From positions 1 to 64,000 of the forward strand of contig JBEKXL010000008.1 of NCBI GenBank assembly GCA_049512075.1: DNA of 64,000 nt. The letters run 5' to 3'. Shown piece after piece: positions 29,186 to 39,460 of the stretch (within the stretch, counting starts at the first letter, position 1; every line of letters starts with the position of its first letter). The DNA is from Candidatus Bathyarchaeia archaeon. GTDB taxonomy: Archaea > Thermoproteota > Bathyarchaeia > Bathyarchaeales > Bathycorpusculaceae. The position numbers and the translations under genes are program-made. The notes under the pieces were generated by a model. It saw only the letters and a program-made list of their open reading frames with translations. It ran no database searches and was not told the origin of the DNA.

Positions 29186-29370
29186 TCTGGTTTTCTATTA
29201 TTGCACCACGTTTATAAGTCCTACTTTGGAAAAACCCCCACCTAAACTGGCGACGATGACCCTGATCAAGAGTTCGCATCAGGCACATCCCGTTATCTTA
29301 ACCGCAACTGCGTCGAAAGCAACGATCGCACTTTAGCGCGCGCGCTCTCCATAATGCTTATTAGCTTAGT

Positions 29371-29394
29371 CGATATGAATTCAAAAACATAACG
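29371..29394. promoter_or_regulatory. ModE-box-like operator
   Basis: CGATAT-N12-ATAACG just downstream of a TATA-like element and 10 bp before tupA. Confidence 0.6.
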
Positions 29395-29404
29395 GTGAAA
29401 AAGA

Positions 29405-30388
29405 ATGAAAGCATGGCAAAAAATCTTAATTGCTGCCGTAATAGCGACAGTCGTAGTGATCGTGGGAACCATAGCTTACTTGGATTTCTCCCCGACACCA
29501 CGCCTGTACATATCCACGACCACGAGCCTCTACGACACTGGATTACTCGACCAAATAAAAACGCAATATGAAGCAACTCACAAGGTTAGCATCTACTTCA
29601 ATCCACAGGGAACAGGTGTCGCTCTCGCGGATGCTGCAGCCGGAGAGGCGGACTTAGTTCTAGTTCACGCACCGTCATCGGAATATCCTTACCTTGCAAA
29701 TGGCACCTTAGTCTGCAGAAAAATCATCGCTTGGAACTACTTCACCATAGTTGGACCCAGCTCCGACCCGGCCAAAATCACTGGCAAAAACGCTACTGAA
29801 GCATTGAAAAGCATACTAGCATATGGAAGAAGCCGAGCAGGCATTATAGTTTGGGTTTCGAGAAATGATGCCTCCGGCACGTACACGAAAGAGGTAAGCC
29901 TCTGGAAATCAGCAGGCTACAATTGGACGACAATATCAAGAGAATCGTGGTTTACGAGCACAGGGCAAGGCATGGGCGCAACGTTGCAAGTGGCTGACGA
30001 AAAAAGTGCATACACGCTGTCAGATTTAGGAACTTACCTTGAGTATTCACGTGGCGGCACGATCTCTTCAGCAGCGCTAATAAAAGGCCCTGATTATTCC
30101 CTGCTTAACGTCTACAGCGTTTACGCAGTGAACCCACAGAAAGTCAGCAACGTCAGCTTCAGCCAAGCCATAACCTTCATAAAATGGCTTGTTTCAGACG
30201 CAGGCCAACAAGTGATCAACAACTATGGCACAGGCAATTATTCGCAACCCCTATTCTATGGCGCAGTTCAACCCCTCAAGAACAACAGTCCGCAGCGCGA
30301 CGCGTCTTGGATAAAGCAATACGCCTTCTTCAACGGCACAGAATGTCCAACGCAATACCAGGATGACCATCCAGAGCTCTATCCTTAG
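29405..30388 (+). CDS. tupA: Tungstate ABC transporter substrate-binding protein
   Basis: STTTSLYDTGLL, GTGVAL, VHAP, SRNDASGT, GQGMG, LLNVYS. Confidence 0.92.
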   Translation: MKAWQKILIAAVIATVVVIVGTIAYLDFSPTPRLYISTTTSLYDTGLLDQIKTQYEATHKVSIYFNPQGTGVALADAAAGEADLVLVHAPSSEYPYLANGTLVCRKIIAWNYFTIVGPSSDPAKITGKNATEALKSILAYGRSRAGIIVWVSRNDASGTYTKEVSLWKSAGYNWTTISRESWFTSTGQGMGATLQVADEKSAYTLSDLGTYLEYSRGGTISSAALIKGPDYSLLNVYSVYAVNPQKVSNVSFSQAITFIKWLVSDAGQQVINNYGTGNYSQPLFYGAVQPLKNNSPQRDASWIKQYAFFNGTECPTQYQDDHPELYP

Positions 30389-30400
30389 AGGCAAGAATGA

Positions 30401-31123
30401 ATGAACCAGATATTAGAGGGCATAATGAAAGCTTTCCAACTGATCTTTTCTGGCGATCCAACCCTCTATGGCATCGTTTTCCGCTCCCTTCTTTTTTCTG
30501 GAGTTGCAGCAATTCTCGCCGTGCTCTGGGCAACGCCAATTGCGATGCTATTGGGCTTGAAGAATTTTCCTGGCAAGTCTATAATTAAAGGTTTTTTCAC
30601 GGCTTTAATCGGCATCCCCACCGTGGCTTTAGGCCTATTTCTTTGGTTGATTCTTTCAAAGGAAACTGGACCGTTGGGATTTTTGGGATTGCTTTATTCT
30701 CCCGGAGCGATCATTTTGGGCGAAGCATTACTTGTGACACCTCTGATTGTCAGCATTGCCACAAATGCCATCGAAGCTGTCGATCCCGAAATGATCAATC
30801 TAGCTAAGACTTTAGGTGCTTCGGAGTCCCAGGCTTCGATCGCCGTTTTGAAGGAAGCGATCAACGGGATCGTTTTTTCGAACATTGCCGGTTTCAACCG
30901 CGCGATTGCAGAGTTGGGAGTTGCCCTGATGGTGGGCGGCAATCTTGCAGGTTTAACTGATGTCTTGACGACGGACATTTCGTCTGACACGGCACGCGGC
31001 GACTTCCCCACGGCCATTGCCCTCGCCATAATTCTGCTCGCAATAGTTTTTGGCATAAATTTAATAATAGTTATCGCCAGAAACCCGCGGGTGCTCCTCA
31101 CCCTCGGCAGGATGCCCCAATAA
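30401..31123 (+). CDS. tupB: Tungstate ABC transporter permease
   Basis: GIPTVALGL, GPLG, RAIAELGVALMVGGN. Confidence 0.92.
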   Translation: MNQILEGIMKAFQLIFSGDPTLYGIVFRSLLFSGVAAILAVLWATPIAMLLGLKNFPGKSIIKGFFTALIGIPTVALGLFLWLILSKETGPLGFLGLLYSPGAIILGEALLVTPLIVSIATNAIEAVDPEMINLAKTLGASESQASIAVLKEAINGIVFSNIAGFNRAIAELGVALMVGGNLAGLTDVLTTDISSDTARGDFPTAIALAIILLAIVFGINLIIVIARNPRVLLTLGRMPQ

Positions 31124-31158
31124 AGCCTCAATGAATTATATGGGTCAGAGGCCGAGAA

Positions 31159-32220
31159 ATGACGGTGCTTGCAGAGTTAAAAAGCCTGACGCAATGCTTC
31201 GGCAATAGGGTTGTGTTGGACAATGTCACCCTGCAAATTCAGCAAGGCGAAATACTAGCATTGCTCGGGCCTAACGGGTCTGGAAAAACCACTCTCTTGA
31301 AAGTTCTCGCTTTTCTTTTAAAACCTAAAAGCGGAGAAATCAGATTTCAAGGCGAAATAGTCACGGATAAGAATTCAGAGAGAATGCGGCTGCAGAGTGG
31401 ATTGGTGTTTCAGAGAACAGTGCTCTTCAGCACTTCTGTGTTTAACAATGTTGCTTACGGTTTGAAAATGCGAAAAACACCGAAATCCGTGATTAACGAA
31501 GAAGTTAGGAAAGCACTGAAACTCGTGAAGTTGGAAGGCTTCGAGAAGCGTTCGGCTAAGAAACTTTCAGGTGGAGAACAGCAAAGAGTGGCGTTAGCCA
31601 GGGCGTTGGTCTTGAAAAACAGGCTCCTTCTTCTAGATGAACCCACTGCAAACCTAGATCCAAAGAACGCTTCGATCATTGAGGAGATCATCCTCACAGT
31701 TAGTCGCGAACTGAAAACCACGATTGTCATGGCTACACACAACATGTTCGAGGCCAAGACTATACCTCACCGGGTTGCGTTGATAAATAATGGAAGAATA
31801 ACCGAAGTTGGAGCAACATCAGATATTTTCACCAAGCTTTCGAGAAATTTGGCGAGTTTTGCGGCGGTTGAAAATACTTTTCTCGGGACTGCGCGAATAA
31901 CAGAAGCTGGCACAACGATTGTGGATGTTGGTAATGATGTGCAGATTGAGGCGGCTTTTGCGAAGCAAGGCGAAACTTCCGTCTTCATAAGTCCTCAGGA
32001 CATAATTCTCTCAAAAAAGCCCTTCGAATCCAGCGCCAGAAACGTGCTCATGGGCAGAATAAATCAGATTTCGGACATAGGTTCGCTTGTTAAGCTGACT
32101 GTTGACGTGGGAAAGCCGTTTACAGTTCAAATAACCAAACGGTCTTTTGGCGAGATGTCCCTCAATCTAGGGGCAGAAGTTTTCATCATCTTTAAAGCGT
32201 CAAGCGTACAGGAAATTTAG
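31159..32220 (+). CDS. tupC: Tungstate ABC transporter ATPase with TOBE domain
   Basis: GPNGSGKT, LSGGEQQR, LDEPTANLD, SSARN...FKAS. Confidence 0.92.
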   Translation: MTVLAELKSLTQCFGNRVVLDNVTLQIQQGEILALLGPNGSGKTTLLKVLAFLLKPKSGEIRFQGEIVTDKNSERMRLQSGLVFQRTVLFSTSVFNNVAYGLKMRKTPKSVINEEVRKALKLVKLEGFEKRSAKKLSGGEQQRVALARALVLKNRLLLLDEPTANLDPKNASIIEEIILTVSRELKTTIVMATHNMFEAKTIPHRVALINNGRITEVGATSDIFTKLSRNLASFAAVENTFLGTARITEAGTTIVDVGNDVQIEAAFAKQGETSVFISPQDIILSKKPFESSARNVLMGRINQISDIGSLVKLTVDVGKPFTVQITKRSFGEMSLNLGAEVFIIFKASSVQEI

Positions 32221-32323
32221 ATAGCGCCTTTTCTTTCTTCTGACAGCTCATACAATAGCACGCGGTGGGGCGTTGCCAAATTCAGACAAAAATGGGTTTT
32301 AATTAGTGTTTGTTTTTTTTGGC

Positions 32324-32685
32324 GTGAATTCGGATGCTTTTGACGGGAGAATAGTCAACGTTTTCGAGAGCAAGAAGCTGGTCCATTACGCTCGCTGAGT
32401 TGGTTAAGGACATGGGGTTCGCCCGTTCAACGGTGGTCATCCATCAGGAGCGGCTTGGAACGGAAGGACTCCTGTTGAACTAAAAAAGCAGAGGGCGTCT
32501 AAGGCCCAGATCCCTGTACCGCCTTACAGGCACTCCCACGCCTAAAGGAGCCTCATCACCCAGTATCGTTGCCCGAAGTCTCGAAGCTCAGAAAGGCCAG
32601 CAGACACGAGAAGGTGGCCTATTGCAAACTCGCAAAGAACGCGTACGCAGCCCAAAACTGCCAGCTAACCATAAAACCAAAATAA
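32324..32685 (+). pseudogene. Frameshifted winged-helix protein gene
   Basis: Pieces DAFDGRIVNVF / TLAELVKDMGFARSTVVIHQERL..GLL*..GRLRPRSLYRL / SKLRKASRHEKVAYCK..NCQL; two frameshifts and a stop. Confidence 0.6.
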
Positions 32686-32773
32686 AATGTTTTTGCCTGA
32701 ACTTAGCAACAAGCTGGCGCGCAAAACCCGCTAGATCACGTTTGTGAACAAGTCAAAATCCAGCCGACTTCTA

Positions 32774-32995
32774 CTAGACTGCCTTTCTCTCCTCAGCTAA
32801 CTCATACAATATTACAAGAGCCTCACCCAATGAAATCTTTAGCCTAGACGCCAAGTCCGTAGGCGTTGTCTCAGGTTTTTCGGAAAGAATAATTAGTCTT
32901 GTGTAGGCCTTGTGATTCGGGTACATAACCAGTGAGTGAACCGTCACAACCAATATAGGCCACAGCGTCTCCTTCACACAATCTTCAATGTTCAT
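32774..32995 (-). CDS. Small hypothetical protein with HTH-like C-terminus
   Basis: TPTDLASRLKISLGEALVILYEL. Confidence 0.7.
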   Translation of the reverse strand: MNIEDCVKETLWPILVVTVHSLVMYPNHKAYTRLIILSEKPETTPTDLASRLKISLGEALVILYELAEERKAV

Positions 32996-33214
32996 AGCAC
33001 ATCAACAACGATTTACGTCGGAAGAGAAATATTCGGTTTGCCCTTCAAACATGCATGGTGAAGCAGTTATGAATTGCGTACAGAAAAAAGTCATGCCTTC
33101 TTTCCTTGCCTCACTCACGCTTGGCGAGGCCCTTCAGCGCATTGTTACCACAAAGTATATCTCGGCAGGAAAGTGATTAGAGCCTTCAAATTCATGAGGT
33201 TTAAGTGAGAATCG

Positions 33215-33931
33215 ATGACCATAAAGGCCGTAATCTTCGATTTGGATGGGACCATTACAGCCTTCAACCTCGATTACATGACGCTAAGGTCGGAAGTCAG
33301 AGGCTTCCTCATAAGAACTGGCGTGCCGGCATCGGTTCTATTCGTGAATGAGAGCATATTCGACATGCTTAACAAGACTGAGATTTTCATGAAGAACAGC
33401 GGCAAATCAACGAGAACCCTTGAGAAGGTGCGCAATGAAGCTTTGGCCATAGCTGAAAGACACGAGTTGGAAGCCGCAAAGACCACGTGTCTGCTTCCAA
33501 ACGTGCTCGAAACGCTGAAGATCTTGAAGGAAATGGGTTTGAAAATCGGCCTGTGCACTGTCAACAGTGAAAAATCCGCGAGCTACATCCTGAAAAGGTT
33601 TGGAGTCGCCGGTTTCTTTGATGCGGTAATTCCACGCAACAAGGTCAAACGTGTTAAGCCGAGCGGTGAGCATCTGGAGGCGGTCTTGAAAGCTTTGAAA
33701 GTCAGTCCGAAAGAAGCGTTGCTTGTCGGAGACGCAACACGCGACATGGAATGTGCCAAAGAGTTGAAGGTCATGGCCGTGGGCTTGTCAACGGGGGTTT
33801 CCACCCAAAAAGAGCTGATGAACGCTGGAGCAAACTATCTTGTCACGTCAATCGCGGATCTGCCCAGCTTGGTAGAAACCGCCAAGCTGGACGCGAAACA
33901 AAACCGGAAAAGGCGTGCAGGCCTAAAATGA
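33215..33931 (+). CDS. HAD-family hydrolase (phosphoglycolate phosphatase-like)
   Basis: FDLDGT, KP, LVGD...D motifs. Confidence 0.93.
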   Translation: MTIKAVIFDLDGTITAFNLDYMTLRSEVRGFLIRTGVPASVLFVNESIFDMLNKTEIFMKNSGKSTRTLEKVRNEALAIAERHELEAAKTTCLLPNVLETLKILKEMGLKIGLCTVNSEKSASYILKRFGVAGFFDAVIPRNKVKRVKPSGEHLEAVLKALKVSPKEALLVGDATRDMECAKELKVMAVGLSTGVSTQKELMNAGANYLVTSIADLPSLVETAKLDAKQNRKRRAGLK

Positions 33932-33933
33932 AG

Positions 33934-34335
33934 TTAGGCTGGCTTAAAACAGTATCTCGGCCATTGTGGCCACGGTTGAGCCACCTGGCATGTTCCGAAG
34001 TCCATCTTCAGTTCCATTCCTATCTTGATTTGTTCCAGAGCCACCCATTTTATCATCCCTGGGATCCTTAGACCGTTTGCAAGCTGGACGATGCCCATTG
34101 CGTACGGTGCCATCGACTGGAATTGGGCTGGAGCAATGTGTATGACCGTGTAGGTTACCAGTTTTCCTCTCGACGGAATTTCAGTCCATTCAAAGTCTTT
34201 CGAATAGCAATTGTCGCACAGGGGTCTCGGCGGAAGATGCACCTTTCCGCACTTCGTGCACCGGCCTCCCAACAGTTTTCCCTGGTTGATGTGCTTATAG
34301 AACTGCTCTATCGTAAAAGGAGCCTGTTCGGACAT
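33934..34335 (-). CDS. DUF35 Zn-ribbon/OB-fold thiolase partner
   Basis: CTKCG..PPR..CDNC, TYTVIH, PY. Confidence 0.93.
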   Translation of the reverse strand: MSEQAPFTIEQFYKHINQGKLLGGRCTKCGKVHLPPRPLCDNCYSKDFEWTEIPSRGKLVTYTVIHIAPAQFQSMAPYAMGIVQLANGLRIPGMIKWVALEQIKIGMELKMDFGTCQVAQPWPQWPRYCFKPA

Positions 34336-34337
34336 TC

Positions 34338-35510
34338 TCAGGCTCTCCTGTAAATGTGAACGGTGGCAGTTGCACCAGAACCGCCCACGTTGTGAGTTAA
34401 ACCGATTTCTGCATCTTTGACCTGCCGCCTATCCGCTTGCCCGGTTAACTGCAAATATATCTCGTAGGCTTGGGCTGTGCCCGTGGCGCCAACAGGATGA
34501 CCCTTGGCCTTCAACCCGCCACTCGTGTTCACAGGTATTCTTCCGCCCAGCTTCGTCTCTCCCCTCTCAATCAAACTCCCGCCTTGACCTGGCCCGCAAA
34601 AGGCAAGGTCCTCATAGGCTATCAATTCGGCTATCGTGAAACAGTCGTGGACTTCCGCCACGTCAATATCGCTTGAGCCAACTTGAGCCATTTCATAGGC
34701 TTTCTCAGCAGCCACTTTCGCAGCCGTAACGGACGTTAGACTCTTCCTTTCGTACAGTCCTATAGTGTCACCGGCCTGACCGCTACCAACAATGTCGATC
34801 GGCGTATCAGTGAATTTTCTGGCCAGTTCCGGCGTGGTCAATATTAAGCAGCTGGCTCCGTCGGTGATGAGAGAGCAGTCGTACAGTTTGAGAGGCCACG
34901 CAACTACGCGCGAGGATAGAGCAGCTTCCAGTGTTATTTCTTTCTGCATGTGAGCCTTTGGGTTTAGGCTTCCGTGATAATGGTTCTTCACGGCAATCAT
35001 GGCAAGATGCCGTTCCGTCGTCCCGTACTCGTGCATGTGTGCAGTAGCCATCAATGCATACAAGCCTGGAAAAGTCATGCCGTTCCACTGTTCGAACGGA
35101 TAGTCCGAAGCCATAGCAAGATACTCTGTCACTTCCGCCGTAGGCCGGTGCGTCATCTTCTCAACACCTCCGACCATTACAACGTCGCTGAGGCCCGAAC
35201 GAACAGCGCAAATCGCGGCTCTCAAGGCTGCACCAGAGGAGGCACACGCTGCTTCCGTCCTCGTAGCGGGCACATGCCCCAACCCTATCCAGTCTGCCAC
35301 AGTAGCGCCCGTGTGTCCCTGATGCTCATACGATTCGCCCATGTGGCCCACGTAGAGGGCTTGAATATCCTTCTTAGGATCTAGTTTCGGACAACGGTCA
35401 AAGGCTTCTTTGGCTGCTTCCGCAAAAATCTCCCTTGCGTAGAGTCCTTCAAGCTTTCCGAACTTTGAAAGACCAACAGAAACTATCGAGACCAACGGTT
35501 TGCCGTTCAA
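34338..35510 (-). CDS. Archaeal thiolase (acetyl-CoA C-acyltransferase)
   Basis: EAACASS catalytic Cys, GVEKM, EVHDCFT, GHPVGATG, HNVGG. Confidence 0.95.
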   Translation of the reverse strand: MNGKPLVSIVSVGLSKFGKLEGLYAREIFAEAAKEAFDRCPKLDPKKDIQALYVGHMGESYEHQGHTGATVADWIGLGHVPATRTEAACASSGAALRAAICAVRSGLSDVVMVGGVEKMTHRPTAEVTEYLAMASDYPFEQWNGMTFPGLYALMATAHMHEYGTTERHLAMIAVKNHYHGSLNPKAHMQKEITLEAALSSRVVAWPLKLYDCSLITDGASCLILTTPELARKFTDTPIDIVGSGQAGDTIGLYERKSLTSVTAAKVAAEKAYEMAQVGSSDIDVAEVHDCFTIAELIAYEDLAFCGPGQGGSLIERGETKLGGRIPVNTSGGLKAKGHPVGATGTAQAYEIYLQLTGQADRRQVKDAEIGLTHNVGGSGATATVHIYRRA

Positions 35511-35666
35511 GAAGCATCTCCCAACATTGACACTGTCCACGTGGAAAACTGATTAAAGCCAAAACGCGTATTTAAGTTTCTTCAGCCACTTTCAGTCTTT
35601 CTCTTGGAAGAAAGCTCTACAGAACCTAAGAAACTGGGGTTTTCAAGTGAAAAAAGGATGTGGGGA

Positions 35667-36356
35667 TTATTTCTTCTCGCCATAGGTCTTTTTAACCCAC
35701 GCTCGTGTTTTTTCCATGTCTTCTCTGAAGCGTTTCAGTTCGTCTGGTGTTCTCTTCGGGGCTACCGATTCTTCTGCTGGTGTTGCGAATACGTCTAGCA
35801 GGTCTCCTTTGGGCTGTTTGGACATGTTTATGTTGACTTTGAGGCCTATGTTCACTTTTTCAGGGTCTACTTCTCGCATGGTCATGGGCAGACAGGTGTT
35901 TGTGCCGTCGATTCTTACCATTGCCCCTACTAGGGGTTGAAGATGTGCCATCGAGGGCCAAGCGATTGCCATAACCGTGTACGAGTGGACCTCTCCCTTC
36001 TTCGGAAGCTCGATCCACTTCGTTTCTTCCAGTCTGCATTTCGGGTTGAAGCAGTGTGCTCTTGGCGGGCAATATACTAATCCGCATTTTGGACACTTTG
36101 TTCCGTACAGCTTCCCTTCCAAGATTCCTATGAAGAACTGTGACACTTTACCGTAGCTGTGGTTAAACAGGCTTCCATGCGGTCTGTGGACGATTAAGAA
36201 CTTCTCAGGTGCCAAACTGTTCAGCGTCGGTCCGTCATTCATCTCTATTATTTTCCAGCCTTCAGGTGTCCACCCGCCTTTCCGTTCCCATTCTTCCCAG
36301 TGTTTCTCATCGATTTTCTTTTCCTTCAGCAATCTCTCTGGTCCTGGCTGCTTCAT
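35667..36356 (-). CDS. Extended DUF35 Zn-ribbon/OB-fold protein
   Basis: HSYG, CPKCG.VYCPPRAHC...C. Confidence 0.88.
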   Translation of the reverse strand: MKQPGPERLLKEKKIDEKHWEEWERKGGWTPEGWKIIEMNDGPTLNSLAPEKFLIVHRPHGSLFNHSYGKVSQFFIGILEGKLYGTKCPKCGLVYCPPRAHCFNPKCRLEETKWIELPKKGEVHSYTVMAIAWPSMAHLQPLVGAMVRIDGTNTCLPMTMREVDPEKVNIGLKVNINMSKQPKGDLLDVFATPAEESVAPKRTPDELKRFREDMEKTRAWVKKTYGEKK

Positions 36357-36361
36357 CTCTT

Positions 36362-37654
36362 CTACACCTCCAAGACTACGGCGCCTGCCTGGCATCCTGT
36401 GCCGCCGTGCCCGTGGATGAAGGCCTTCTTCGGGTTGCTCAGCTGTCTACCTGGTGCGCCCCACTTCTTTCCTATTTGGTTGCCGAGTTGCCAGTAGCTG
36501 TCGACGACTTGGGCGATTGACGTTGAGCCTACAGCGTGCCCCTGCGCCGTTAGCGCTCCGCTGAGTTGACAAGGAAGCTCTCCACTGGGCTTGATTATAC
36601 CCTCGCGAACCATATTCTTGCCCTCGCCTCTCTTGCAGAAATCAAAATCCTCCAACCCGGCCAGTACTACTCCTGCGTAGGGGTCGAAGATTTCGACGAA
36701 GCTGATTTCCTTCCGCGGGTTCTCGATTCCAGCGTCTTTGTAAGCCATTCTTGCAGACACTCTTAGAGAGCCAAAATTGAGCAGATCTGGATAGGGTGAC
36801 ATCGGTTTTGGAACGGTCTTCGGCCAAATCTTTTCATCTTCCGGGTACATGCCTTTCCACGCGGGGTTGTCCGGGCGGTCCCCGACCCTCATAGTATCGC
36901 TCCCGAAGCCTACGCCAGTTATCCAAATGGGGTCGTCAGTAAGTTTCTTCGTCATTTCCTCGTTCGCCAACAACAGTGCAGAGGCCCCTTCACTCGTCAT
37001 TGCACATTCATAGTTGCGGTATGGCCAAGATATCAAACGTGACTTGTACACGTCGTCCACCGTGATCTTTGTGAAACCATGCTGAGCGGGCCATTGCGCA
37101 TAAGGGTTGGCGAGGGAGTTGTTGTGGCACATGGCGGACACTTCAGCGAGGTCTTCTTCCCTATCTCCGTACACGTGCATCCGCCTTGCTTCCATGGTTG
37201 CGTAGAAAGCGTTGTACGTGAAGCCCGAAACGAAATCCCAGTCTGTGTCTCCAGCTATTGCTATTGCCTCGTTGACCTTTTGGATTGGCAGCTCATTCAT
37301 TTTTTCCCAGCCGACCACGAGAACCACCGGGAACATGCCTGAACGCACCCACAAAGCCGCGTTTATTATGGCGTCTATCGGAGTTGCTCCTCCCGACTCG
37401 ACCCTGTACGAAGGAACGCCGCTCAAACCCAGGTAGTCGTTGATTATCCAGTGCATGCACTGCTGTTGTTCGAGAATGTCGCTGAAATATGAGTAGCAAC
37501 ACGCGTAACCTTTCTTCAAGAAATCGCCGAGTTCCAGCTCTGGAACGTCGTCAAGTATCATTTTGACTGCTTCTGCGCACATTTCTTCTTGCAAGGTATG
37601 CCTAGGAAGGTCAAATCGTGAAATGCTGCCTGCGACTATTCCGACTTTTTTCAA
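36362..37654 (-). CDS. Thiolase-fold protein lacking the catalytic Cys
   Basis: VESGGATP in place of EAACAS; EIFDPY in place of EVHDCF; GHAVGST retained. Confidence 0.88.
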   Translation of the reverse strand: MKKVGIVAGSISRFDLPRHTLQEEMCAEAVKMILDDVPELELGDFLKKGYACCYSYFSDILEQQQCMHWIINDYLGLSGVPSYRVESGGATPIDAIINAALWVRSGMFPVVLVVGWEKMNELPIQKVNEAIAIAGDTDWDFVSGFTYNAFYATMEARRMHVYGDREEDLAEVSAMCHNNSLANPYAQWPAQHGFTKITVDDVYKSRLISWPYRNYECAMTSEGASALLLANEEMTKKLTDDPIWITGVGFGSDTMRVGDRPDNPAWKGMYPEDEKIWPKTVPKPMSPYPDLLNFGSLRVSARMAYKDAGIENPRKEISFVEIFDPYAGVVLAGLEDFDFCKRGEGKNMVREGIIKPSGELPCQLSGALTAQGHAVGSTSIAQVVDSYWQLGNQIGKKWGAPGRQLSNPKKAFIHGHGGTGCQAGAVVLEV

Positions 37655-38199
37655 TTTTCCACCTCAAATTTCGAAGATGTAGTTAGTGAATTTCAAGAAC
37701 TATAAGACATTTGCGATGGGCAAGCGTATTTTTCGTATGTGTCCCCAATAACGGTGCCATCGGTGTTTTGAAGGTGCACCACACGTACTCGCCAAGAATA
37801 GCAAATCGAACTAATATTTCAAACCTCAAAGCGGGCGTTTCTACATAGGTTACCAAAGTCAAAACTCGAGCAATGACACAGGGATTTTCTCCTGCGTCAC
37901 TATCAAACCGTCTATGATCCTGATACCTTAAGACACAACGGTGCACTATTCAAGGTTCTGCACTTTCCGGTATGTGTGCGCGCAGGGACCCTACCCGGAG
38001 TCTACTACATGATCCAAATATAACTCAACATTGAGCACGCACCTTGCTGTTCGTTCTACGCGAGCTGTAGTGTTCTTGACTAGAAACTGTGATTCTTGCG
38101 ATATGTTACACGTTGCGTTCGTAAGAAAACGGCGTATGATGGACTTGGCGCATGCATGACAGTCATCCTTTTATAATTTGTTCTGGCTTCGTATCTTAT

Positions 38200-39318
38200 G
38201 TGCAAATCATACAATTGTCAACGGCCCTTCCCCGCAATGAATACTCAACCAAAAAGCTGATGGAAGAGTTTCCGTGCAAACTTCCTGAACCCGTTGTGCA
38301 AAACGTGCTTAACCTTGGAGTCTCAAAACGTTATCTGATCAGCCAATCAGCACTAACGACAGAACCAGAAACGGTAATGGACGAAACCAGCCTCATTAAC
38401 CTGTGCTCCGAGGCCTGTCGAAAAGCCATTCAAGGAGCCGATCTCTGTTTCAGAGACATAGACTATCTCATCACTGCCTATGACGCGAACCCTTTCCTGA
38501 GCCCCGGCCTCAGTCAGCTACTGGTGCCGCAGTTAGGCCTAGATTCTTTTGTTAGACATGTTAACGCGCAGGGAATAGCCAGCACAGCTTTTACGAAAAC
38601 ATTACAGCTCGCGGAAGACTACCTTGCTGCACGCCCGAAAGACAATGTACTCATTTGCATCTCAGGAGTGAGCTCATACTGGTTCCAAAACCAGGTGCGA
38701 GGTCTAAAAGACGTGATGGAAATCGGAAAGATTGGTCTGATTCACGACAGCAGGAGAAAACAAATGGAACTGAGGAAGTGGGTGGCCACGATGCAGTTTT
38801 TCCTGTTCGGAGACGGCGTGGCCGCTGCGGTCGTGTCGAACAAGAGTCAGGGCTTGAAGGTTGACAAGATTGTCGAAGTGACGAATATCGATTCAAAGGA
38901 CTATCTGGCTGGCTATTCTAGACTCTCTTTCTTAAATGAACCGTTCAAGTTCGGCTTTCACTCACATCTTGGCAAGGAAATTCCAGACTTGGGAGTCAAG
39001 TACACAGGTCTGGCGCTTGACAGATTGTTTGCAAAAGAAACAAAGAACAGAATGAAAGCTGCGAAGAAGTGGGCAGTTCACACGGGTAGCGAAAAGATAC
39101 TTGACGCTCTGGCTGAACACCACGGCGCTGAGAAAGAAAAACTCAGAGAGTCGCACGAAGTTCTCAGAGGAAATGGCAACCTGGCGGGAGCAAGCCTACC
39201 CTTCATTCTTGACAAGATAGCCTCGACGAACAAGTTGTCAAGGGGCGACACCATACTTATGCTTGGATACGGGTGGGGATTCTCGGCGTCGGCAGGCCTA
39301 TTGGAATTTTGGAGTTGA
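38200..39318 (+). CDS. Type III polyketide synthase / KAS III-like condensing enzyme (Cys-to-Ser at the active site)
   Basis: FLFGDG, WAVHTGS, GNLAGAS, GYGWGFS; GIAST at the position of the G-x-G/A-C motif. Confidence 0.85.
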   Translation: MQIIQLSTALPRNEYSTKKLMEEFPCKLPEPVVQNVLNLGVSKRYLISQSALTTEPETVMDETSLINLCSEACRKAIQGADLCFRDIDYLITAYDANPFLSPGLSQLLVPQLGLDSFVRHVNAQGIASTAFTKTLQLAEDYLAARPKDNVLICISGVSSYWFQNQVRGLKDVMEIGKIGLIHDSRRKQMELRKWVATMQFFLFGDGVAAAVVSNKSQGLKVDKIVEVTNIDSKDYLAGYSRLSFLNEPFKFGFHSHLGKEIPDLGVKYTGLALDRLFAKETKNRMKAAKKWAVHTGSEKILDALAEHHGAEKEKLRESHEVLRGNGNLAGASLPFILDKIASTNKLSRGDTILMLGYGWGFSASAGLLEFWS

Positions 39319-39460
39319 AGATTTTCCCAGAAGCCCGGCTCATTCGACCCCCGACCGATTGTTCTCATGCGTTTTGAACCGATAGTAAAATATCTTTCTA
39401 GGTCAATGATGATAGTAACTCAAAGCAGCACATAGTCATTATTGGGGGCAGAACACTGCG

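Noticed and set aside
32340-32660. Several hairpins suggesting SRP RNA or RNase P RNA
   Set aside because: No SRP helix-8 or RNase P P4 consensus on either strand; the region reads better as a frameshifted winged-helix pseudogene.
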